52,385 bases of DNA from Macrostomum lignano (taxonomy: Eukaryota): assembly GCA_002269645.1 (NCBI GenBank), contig NIVC01001439.1, positions 1 through 52,385 of the forward strand. The letters run 5' to 3'. The notes below the pieces were generated by a model that saw nothing but the letters and a program-made list of their open reading frames with translations, was not told where the DNA came from and did no database searches. Below are positions 38,602 through 52,385 of this stretch, in pieces. Position numbers and translations under genes: made by a program. Positions within the stretch are counted from its first letter, which is position 1, and the number at the start of each line of letters is the position of its first letter.

Positions 38602-40519
38602 GAGACGCATTGAAGGTTTTAAAACTGAAGCAATTCTTCAAAGACGTCGTCTTAACAAATGCGTATTTTGCGTCCTTTATAAATACCTTGACCTGTCAAT
38701 CAAATAATTTTATAATTCCATGTCGCTATTAGTAGTATAAAGAGTTCCTGTTGGATATCAATGAGTTTTTTAGTTTGATAGCGAAATGGTTAACTTCTGT
38801 CAGAGCATCAGTTAACAAGGTTATTTTTCATATTACGTACGAATGATAATTAAGGCGATTTTTAGCATATTTATAATACGTGCGCATTACTCTTATGGCA
38901 AGTAACTGACTTAAGTTTTTATATAATCGCTATTGTACTGCTGTATAACCTGGCCTCAGACTTCCTCAATAGGATCTTCCACAGCTGGCTCACTACTTGT
39001 ATGCGCGTTGCCATAAAATTATTTTTGTTAGTTTCTATCGACCAAAAACTACCCTGATTTTTATTAATAGTATAGAAAAATCGTTCTACAACTTTACAAG
39101 CTGCTTATGTAAGTATTGGTTTAAACTAATATATAATAAATACGAAACTTTCCTAATTAGACTACTGTAGTAAGTAGTCTCGTCCGGACATAATTTGTTG
39201 AAAAAGGAAAAGGATCCTTAGTTAACAGATAAGGAAAGCAAAACATCGATGTTTTATATTTCTGGAAACTAATTTTGTCTTTTGGCGACATCGTCACACG
39301 ACCAGCGCTGGTGGCAACTCTGCACATTCCGAGCTGAGTCCTGAGCACATGCACAAGTGCGCCAATACTGTACTCAGGCACGCATTCATACACATGCTCA
39401 CACAAACTAAATATTTTAGCATTTTAATTGACCAACTTTGGCCATAGACAAGAGTTTCGGGCGGTCCGACAATTTACGATAGGCATCTATTTTTTCAGAG
39501 AGTCGACAGCATTTTCAGCCAATTGGAGTTATTCACTTGTTGTAGCTTATTTCAATAAGCCGATCAATTTTGGTAAGTCTGCATGACTTTGTTTGAGCTG
39601 CATAATAGCCAGCGTAATTCATCCCACAGTATATTATCCCATAGTAGCAGTCTTGTAAAATTGGTAACAATTTGTTTTGTTATAAACAGAAATCAGCTGC
39701 TGCTGCTTGGAGCGGCAGGCAAATTCTGCCCTGTACAGAACTGCTTGTAGATGCAGTCTCCCATTCAATCCCTTTCCCTACATAGAATAGAGAGGAGCGC
39801 CTCTCCCCTTGATACTCTGCGCAGCCTTTTACTGACTGGCAGTGGATAGGAGGACTAAGAGAGCACTTGTGCGCGAGAGGCAGGCAGAGAGAGAGACACG
39901 GAGCGAGGGAGGTACGCCAGTTCGCATGAAAAAATCAATAATACGCATATATTGGCGGTAGGCTCCTGCCCTGCAGAGCGGTCGTACTCAATGACAATGT
40001 ACTCACTCACTCCTCAGTGTGCACTTTGCACTGCCCCACCTACTCCAGCCAGCCCGTGTCCCTTCCTCCTGCTCCCCAATCCCGCCCACTGAGTCTCCAG
40101 TGCGTGGGGGGGGGGGGCGCCGCGGCTAGCCAAACTCAGATTTGCTGGGGTTAACTTCACCTCCCCTATCTATAGCACTGCGCCCAGCATCCCTGCGCTA
40201 ATCCTGATCTCGTTTCTGGACTGCCTAACCACCCAAAATCCCAGGTATTGAAGCGTTGAGGCTCTGGTCGACCCCATCATTAATATCTCTAAGCGTTGAA
40301 CTCCTTCAAGCAGACCTGGACTCGATTCAGGGAGCAGCTGCTGCGGCAGCCAGGCGAATTGTGAGTTGCGCCGAAATCTTTTGTACTTTTTCAACAACGG
40401 TTTTAGTTCCGAGAAAGTCTAATAAAAATTAATTGATTGATACAGATGAAACTGTGTTTTAGCTTCTGAAAATTCCTACCAACCAACCCCCCTCTTAATC
40501 TCCCGACTCTCCCTCCTTC

Positions 40520-40740
40520 TCCCTCTCCTATCTCCCCTCCCTCTACCCATCTCCCTCTCCTATCTCCCCTCCCTCTACCCATCTCCCTCTCCTATCTCCC
40601 CTCCCTCTACCCATCTCCCTCTCCTATCTCCCCTCCCTCTACCCATCTCCCTCCTATCTCCCCTCCCTCTACCCATCTCCCTCTCCTATCTCCCCTCCCT
40701 CTACCCATATCCCTCCTATCTCCCCTCCCTCTATCCATCT
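40520..40740. repeat. 32-bp CT-rich tandem repeat grading into CT low complexity
   Basis: TATCTCCC at 40529 and 40561. Confidence 0.88.
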
Positions 40741-41069
40741 CCCTTTCCTTCTCTCCCCTCCCTCTCCCTCTCTTTCCCCTCTCTCTCTGCCTCTCTCCCT
40801 CTCCCTTGCCCCTCTAACTCGTGCTCTTTTTCTCTTCTCCCCCTTCTCTCTCTCGCTCATTCTCTGTCTTTAGCAACGAAGGATCTCATGAGTTACTTTA
40901 TTTATACCTGCTACTCATATTCTTTTAATTTTCTGCTAAAATACAGTCACTCCATGTCATTCTGGCTCTACCACAGTCCCTTACTATCTTCATCCTATTG
41001 TGTTGATTTGATTGAATCACCATTGTCATCCACCTGTCTTTACTCTCAACCTCTCAATTTGGCATTCAG

Positions 41070-45916
<4,847 letters not shown>

Positions 45917-46779
45917 ACTTTGAGCCAAGGCGCACAAGCGGACAAGTGATTTCTGCTGTCCGCCAAATACCTTCCCATCTTTAACTTGAACTCGTCCAGC
46001 GTGAGCGGCCCGCTCACAGCCAAGTAAGCCCATGGTTCCGACTCTACAGAGTTTAAGTCTGCTGATATTCTGGCTTGAAATGAATATTAGCTCGCTACTA
46101 TTAGTAGAGCGAGTGCTTTTAAGCAGATTTTTCATTATTCACCGATAATATTAGAACTGAAGTGTTATTGCCAAGTTCAGCAGTTCATGTGGGTTGGGTT
46201 AAGATATTTCCTGCAAATTTCCTGCCTCAGCTTCTTTCTAGCTGCATTTTTTGTGCTCATTAGAAGAACAGACCACCGTGATTTTCTGAGATCTCTTGCT
46301 TGGCATCTCGTACTTCAAGTTTTTGATTGTGTATTTACCTGGACTCAGCATGAGCCAGTTCTCTGCAAGGGTTATCAAGGATGTCCCTGAATTGCGTATT
46401 CACAGGGCTGGCACACTCTGACTTAATTACTGTCTGTCCAAATTGGATTTTTGCAATTGATTTTTTGACACCATGGCGGCCACCGCCTCAACTCAAAAGT
46501 CCTGATTTCTCATCGCCCCTCCCCCAACATTGCCGCTTTCCTTGTTTTCTCTGACCGGCTCTCGCACACGACCATTCATATTAATATGCATTACATTATC
46601 CAACCATATATTATTACTGGTATTGTCTTTATTATTAAGAAATAAATGCTGATGATTTGCTCGAGAAGGTTTGAAGGGAAATTGCAAAAAATCAAAAGTT
46701 AACTATAAAATAAGTCTTTCTTTCATTCGAATTCAATCAGTCTTCTTTGCTGGCGAGAGTTATTGCTTACAAATGATTA

Positions 46780-47465
46780 CTGTGTCTGTCAGAGTGTCTT
46801 AAGAGTCTGTCCTAGTGTCTTTAGTGCCTGTCTGAGTGTCTTAGTGTCTGTCCTGGTGTCTTAAGGGCTGTCATAGTGTCTGTCCTGGTGTCTTAAGAGC
46901 TGTCTGAGTGTCTTTAGTACCTGTATGAATGTCTTTAGTGTCTGTCAGAGTGTCTTAGTGTCTGTCCTAGTGTCTTAAGGGCTGTCTGAGTGTCTTTAGT
47001 ACCTGTATGAATGTCTTTAGTGTCTATCAGAGTGTCTTAGTGTCTGTCCTAGTGTCTTAAGGGCTGTCTGAGTGTCTTTAGTGCCTGTATGAATGTCTTT
47101 AGTGTCTATCAGAGTGTCTTAGTGTCTGTCCTAGTGTCTTAAGGGCTGTCTGAGTGTCTTTAGTGCCTGTATGATTGTCTTTAGTGTCTGTCAGAGTGTC
47201 TTAGTGTCTGTCCTAGTGTCTTAAGGGCTGTCTGAGTGTCTTTAGTGCCTGTATGAATGTCTTTAGTGTCTGTCAGAGTGTCTTAGTGTCTGTCCTAGTG
47301 TCTTAAGGGTGTCTGAGTGTCTTTAGTGCCTGTATGAATGTCTTTAGTGTCTGTCAGAGTGTCTCAGTGTCTGTCCTAGTGTCTTAAGAGCTGTCTGAGT
47401 GTCTTTAGTGCCTGTATGAATGTCTTTATTGCCTGTCTGAGTACCTTAGTTTCCTATAGTGTCAG
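46780..47465. repeat. 82-bp tandem repeat built from about 20-bp GTGTCT(T)TAGTG.CTGT subunits
   Basis: CTGTATGAA at 46921 and 47003. About 7 copies plus degenerate flanks. Confidence 0.92.
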
Positions 47466-48833
47466 TGTCTGTCTGCCCTGTCCATCTCATTACTCCTATT
47501 CTAGTGCATTCCGATGAAAGTGTCCCCACCTGTTGCTGCCCCCCCCCCAACTCTCTTCTTGTCCCGAGCAACCGAAGGCCGCTTTGATGGCCGCTTTCAG
47601 AGCCACAAAAGCAACAGCTTAAGAAAAAATGGAGGAAAATGTTAAAGAGGCTGGTTGGTAGGTTTCCTGGCCTATTGTGCAGCAGTAGTGTCTCAGTGGA
47701 AATATGTTTTCTGCATTTATATTAAAAGTGCTTTCTTGTCGCGGGCAGCCAGAAGCACCTGTCCCACATTTCCCCTTCTTCTTTCCCTAAATTTCTGCTT
47801 TGCTTGTCTTGTTGCCATGGAGCTCGGGTGCAGGCACAGGCAAGGCGTACCCCAAACAGTCCTTGCTCTCCCGTTCCCAAAATTCATAAGCCAGGCAAAT
47901 TAAAAGGAACTTGAAAGAAATCAGTTAGTAGGAGCGTACAGTTGCACAACCATCTGTTGTAAAATTTAGTTTAATATAGGCGGATACACACAAGACTGAG
48001 AATTTTGATAACTTAGAAAAAATAGTACAATTCTTAGATGATGTACAAAACCGAAGCTTGCACTCGAGAGATCGTGAATAAAGAGAAAAAATAGTCCAAT
48101 AATAGAAGCGCCAATTGTTTTAAAACGGACAAGTGAAAGATAACTTGTTCTGTTGCACAAAGAATAGCATAGAGAGGCGGAGCAGAGTGAATACTATCGT
48201 GGAACTGAGTCACCAAACCGTGATCTATGAGCATTTTTTGCTCGTCAGGTGCGTAGCTTGGGTGCCCTCTTGGGGATAATTATGACGCATCTGTGCATGA
48301 TAAGTCTTCTAGCTGTCTTCTAATGGCCGCGGCTGAAGAAGATAAACAAAACAGTTTTTTTCGAATCTGAGAAGGTGCTCTGAACTCGCAGAATTCGCAA
48401 ATGGTCCAACAACGACACTGAAAATGTCAATCCGGTGCTAAAGCCAATGTAATCTCCCTAGTGGCCTCGTGGGTATCCAAAGCATCACCTGAGCCCGCCC
48501 ACTTAGCCTCCCCTAATCTCAATGCAATGCGTGAGTTCAATGCACTTCTCCTATTTCGTGAACTTTTCAGCGACCTTTTTTTCCAAAGACTATCGTCATT
48601 GTTTACAGCTGCGATTTGGTGGGTGCACGGCCTGAATGTGACTGCAGGAATCAGGTTATCACTATTTATCAATAGAAATCAGAAGTGCTCAGCAAATTAG
48701 GCAAGTTCTAGTAAACGGATACTGAAATAGTCTTACAATTCGAAAAGTACCACGAATGGAGCATTGCTCAACAGTTATCTATGCAATGCCGGTGTTTACA
48801 GCTCAAGGCATCAAGCGAAACATGACGCTATTG

Positions 48834-50894
48834 TCAATCGCCACTCGGAATGTCGCTGCACTGAAACTCCACGATGCGAAATGCTTCTAGAAACTCGTTG
48901 AAGTCGATGTTGCCATCGCTATTGAGGTCCATTGCCTTGGCCATGTCTGTCACTTCCGAGTCGGACAGATTGCGCTGCGTAGCCTGGCACAGGATGCGGC
49001 AGCACTCTTCGAATTCCTGCAGGCTGATCTGACCGCTGCTGTCGCGGTCCATAATGCGAAAGATGGTCTCCAGCTCCTCCTTGTTCTTGTACACAGCTTC
49101 CGTCATAGAAGCATCCGGTTCGGCGGCTGAACGTCCGCTTTGGTGCTGGACGGTGGCTCGCTGGAAGGTCGACATGTACAGTAGACGCCCGTCTGGCGCC
49201 AGCTGAGCAAGCTGAGGTCGCAGCGTTCGCCACGGCAGATTGAGCTTCATCTCCGCTTCCATCACGGTGCACCACTGGGTGACGCTAACGCAGCCCGTCT
49301 TGTCGGGATCCAACTGATTGAAGGCCGCCACAAGCTGTGTCTTGGTCGCGGCAATCTTGGCTCGAAGGCTGCGCAAAGCGCCGTCCTCGACACTTGACAG
49401 TTGAAGACCCTGCGGCACTAAATTATTCTTGCTTGCTGAGAACTGGACGGTATGCAGCTGCCCGCTGTTGTCGAACTTGACGTAGGCACCCCGGTTGCTG
49501 CCCTCCGAGTAGTAGTTGGAGGCGGAGAAGATCGTCAGCACGCTGTTGCCATGGTCAAACTCGTAGCCTTCGGGTTTGCATTCATGCGAACGAACTATCA
49601 TAGTGAGCTTGTTTCGACGCAAGAAGCTCGCCGTGACATCAGGCCCGAAGTAGCAGCCTCCGCCGCGAAATGTATTTGGTCGGCAGCCTGAATGAGTCTT
49701 TGGATCGCTCCATAGCAGGTCGAGTACCTGGCGCCATTCCAGGTAGTCAACCTTTCCGCCCTCTGAATGAGGTGGTCGCAAAGCTGACAAATATTTGTGC
49801 CTGTCCAGACGACCGAGCTGTTCAAGGTCCAACTTGTCCGAGATGCCGCCGTGAGCCACCAGGATGCGCTCGTCAATCACTGTTGCCAGGGGAAGCCAAG
49901 CGAATACGTCCGAGAACAGCTGCACAATCTTGTTGGCTGTTTGTCGATATTTTTTCTGCACCTCCTTAATGAACCCGTAGCGGCAGTTCATCACGTGATC
50001 TTCGTGGTTGCCGCGGTTGACGCAAACCGCGGTTGGCCACACGAGCTGGAAGGCGAACAAAAGCGCAGCGATTTCCACGGAATTCGGACCGCGGTCCACG
50101 AAGTCGCCGTTGAACACGTACGGGTTGGTGACGTCCGGCAGGCCGTTCTTGTACAGCACGAGCAGCAAATCATCGAGCTTGCCGTGCAGGTCTCCAACCA
50201 CCGTCATCTGCTTGGAGATGCTCGTGCTGGCCTGATAGATGTTGGGCCTTGCTTGTAAGGCTAGCCGAGTCTCATGCAGCAGTTGCAACAGGTAGCGCGC
50301 GTGCAGCTGTCCGCCCTGTCCGAATGAGTCGATCATCATTTTTATGTGACTCGCGCTCAGAGGGAAGGTCAGGTGAGGACCTGAGTACGACTTCTCCACT
50401 TCGATGCTCTCAAAACCGGTCCGATCGAGGAGTTCGCGCTCGTCGTGGGCTCCACCGTCGCTCTGACGAAGCCGCTGAGCAAAGCCGCCTCCCCCGCCGC
50501 CGCCGCCGCCCTCGGCCTCCATGCCCAGGCGCAGCATGTCATTGAAGAAATTGTGCAGGTGTAGCTGACTTGACTCGCTGGAGTACTCGATGCTTTGGTA
50601 GACGACCCAGGCAGCTCGTCGTCTGGCCTCTAGGCGAGCCTTGTACCGACGGTACCATTTCTGGATTAGCACGGCTGACTTCAGGCTGACCTCGCTATTG
50701 CTGAGCGCCTTTTCTGTCTTCGCCTTCTGGCTGGACTTTGATACGGGGCTCGTTGCGCCCGTCTTCTTCCTGTTCGCGGTAGAGATTGGCACATCGCCAA
50801 CGCTGACCGAATCGTCAGCTGCGCAGTTGCCGACCGCTCCAACTCCGTTGCTGTCGCCAGTTTTCGGGCCAACAGCGCTTTGTCCGCAGCCCAT
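48834..50894 (-). CDS. PPEF: Serine/threonine protein phosphatase with EF-hands (PPEF/rdgC family), 686 aa, intronless CDS
   Basis: MGCGQS acylation motif. IQ motif VLIQKWYRRYKAR. PPP motifs GDLHG, GDFVDRG, RGNHE, HGG, RSHE, SASNYY. C-terminal EF-hands DRDSSGQISLQEF and DLNSDGNIDFNEF. Confidence 0.97.
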   Translation of the reverse strand: MGCGQSAVGPKTGDSNGVGAVGNCAADDSVSVGDVPISTANRKKTGATSPVSKSSQKAKTEKALSNSEVSLKSAVLIQKWYRRYKARLEARRRAAWVVYQSIEYSSESSQLHLHNFFNDMLRLGMEAEGGGGGGGGGFAQRLRQSDGGAHDERELLDRTGFESIEVEKSYSGPHLTFPLSASHIKMMIDSFGQGGQLHARYLLQLLHETRLALQARPNIYQASTSISKQMTVVGDLHGKLDDLLLVLYKNGLPDVTNPYVFNGDFVDRGPNSVEIAALLFAFQLVWPTAVCVNRGNHEDHVMNCRYGFIKEVQKKYRQTANKIVQLFSDVFAWLPLATVIDERILVAHGGISDKLDLEQLGRLDRHKYLSALRPPHSEGGKVDYLEWRQVLDLLWSDPKTHSGCRPNTFRGGGCYFGPDVTASFLRRNKLTMIVRSHECKPEGYEFDHGNSVLTIFSASNYYSEGSNRGAYVKFDNSGQLHTVQFSASKNNLVPQGLQLSSVEDGALRSLRAKIAATKTQLVAAFNQLDPDKTGCVSVTQWCTVMEAEMKLNLPWRTLRPQLAQLAPDGRLLYMSTFQRATVQHQSGRSAAEPDASMTEAVYKNKEELETIFRIMDRDSSGQISLQEFEECCRILCQATQRNLSDSEVTDMAKAMDLNSDGNIDFNEFLEAFRIVEFQCSDIPSGD

Positions 50895-52084
50895 TCGTTT
50901 GTCTAGCTTTTTCTTTGAAGCTTTCCTGTTTAAAAATGGTTTAGAAAGTCGCGAACAGTTTAATTTACTGCTTAATTTATGGCTTAATGGACTAAGAATT
51001 CCGACGGAGAGGCATGCCGTGTCTGATGCACGGCAGCTCTTTTCTTTTGTTTCTCACCGACTTGCCTTTGCCTTTTCTGAAGCTCCAAGGCGTGGATTGG
51101 CGCCTTCCTGATGCAGCACTTTGACAGAGCTGCACCGGCTTCTCGGGAATCTCGGGGATTGGTGAGAACAGGATCTTGGGGAAGGAAGAAAGAAAGTTGA
51201 CTGGCTTGCTTGCGAGATGCGCTCGCCGGAGGTTGTAACCCTAGGTGACCTAGGGGAGCTCTGCTCTGGGTCAGCGCTCTTCGTCTGCGGGTTGGACGAT
51301 AGGGTGTGGCTTGAGCGGGACTGCCTGAGTGAAGGAATAGAGAGAACTACCCGGCCCTCCTGTTCACTGGAAACTCCCAAACCTTTCTGTATTAATGCTC
51401 AAAAGCATGCCCACTGTACTCTATCTTCAGGAGGATAGGATGGGGTGGGTAGCTGCATTCTAGCTCTTGCCCATTTCCGTACCCTTAGCCAGCCGCATGC
51501 TTGCCTTCCCCTGCCTCTCTATCCCAGAAACCATTGAGGCAATGGCCCGCATTGTAGTCCCTGGCCTCCGGTAGCATAGCTGAGAGAGATAGACAGATTT
51601 ATCTGTGCTTGCATATTGAGTTGAATTGAGCGGTCTCTCACACTTAATTGCAGTGGTTCTTACTTATTTGTTTTGACTGACTCCCGCCCCGCTCCATTTA
51701 ATTTAGCCCGCTAATTTGTGCAGACCTTGCTTTAGGTAAATATAGTTAATTATCTCTCAATTTCAGGGGCTCAAAACACTCACAATGCCGCCCAACGCTA
51801 AACCAACCTATGCAGTCGCGGGTTTCGGAACATGAGATGACGAAAAGTCATTAGAACATCCACTATGCTTTGAAAATGCGCTCGTTACTCTTCCTTGAGC
51901 CGGTGCTTTGGCTTAGCTGCAGGAGGCTCCGTGCGTCCGGAAACAGCGAGGAGGCGTTGCCGCCCATTTCGCTAACCCCTGGCGACCACGGCCAGCTGGT
52001 GCTGCGGTGTCGCGCAGGGAGTACCGGTGGTGCCGGTGTCCGCAGCGCGGTCCCCCTCCGGAGAGTCCAGGAGGTGGATTGTCG

Positions 52085-52385
52085 CTCGCCCGGTAGCCCT
52101 TAGGTAGCGGACGAGCTGGCAGAGATTCTCGGGCCTGAAAATGTTGGAGGTCCGGGTTTGGGCCGAGGTAGGTGAGCCTGTCCTGAGTAAAGGCGGAGCA
52201 TTCACAGATAAAGTGCTCCACATTCTCGACACCGGAGAGGCAGAAAGGGCATTCCTCACTGCGGATTTTTACCCTGGAGGTGACGATGCCTGGCAAAACA
52301 GCCATGACCCGAGAGCGGCCCATGGTCACCACTCTGATGTCCCTGCGGTTTGAGTCCAAGCAGGGCCCTGCACAGGGCGGAGGAA
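52085..52385 (-). mobile_element. Frameshifted 3' end of a non-LTR retrotransposon ORF2 (C-terminal zinc knuckle)
   Basis: [30 protein letters not shown] (CxxC...H...C) continues after a frameshift near 52140 as [19 protein letters not shown], a typical LINE ORF2 ending. Runs off the right edge. Confidence 0.75.

Overview
Eukaryotic (metazoan, invertebrate) genomic DNA with GC-rich exons, GT-AG introns and a very high load of micro- and minisatellites. The overall style resembles a free-living flatworm such as Macrostomum, but this is inference and no database was searched. Eight genes were read by eye, with exon joins checked for frame. (1) The first three coding exons (RRM1) of a CELF3-6/Bruno-3-like gene on the minus strand; the rest is not found in the window. 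(2) A single-exon secreted (GNGY)n Gly/Tyr/Asn-rich protein. (3) A three-exon GRD-like Cys-loop GABA receptor subunit. (4) A three-exon orphan coiled-coil protein. (5) An intronless rhodopsin-class peptide-type GPCR. (6) A four-exon ODF3/SHIPPO-repeat gene. (7) An ORP10/11-type oxysterol-binding protein with no visible PH domain. (8) An intronless PPEF/rdgC phosphatase. Mobile elements are a tRNA-headed CORE-like SINE, three RTE-like LINE fragments and a frameshifted LINE 3' end. Most long ORFs in the supplied track are read-through of tandem repeats. There is no CRISPR array, rRNA or functional tRNA. No clearly new multi-gene system can be demonstrated from the sequence alone. The best leads are the divergent GRD-like channel (Met at pore position 6', altered loops B and C), the GNGY secreted protein, a (CUGU)n tract just after a CELF exon (possible autoregulation), a 62-bp double-hairpin array, and short introns each inflated by a different minisatellite.
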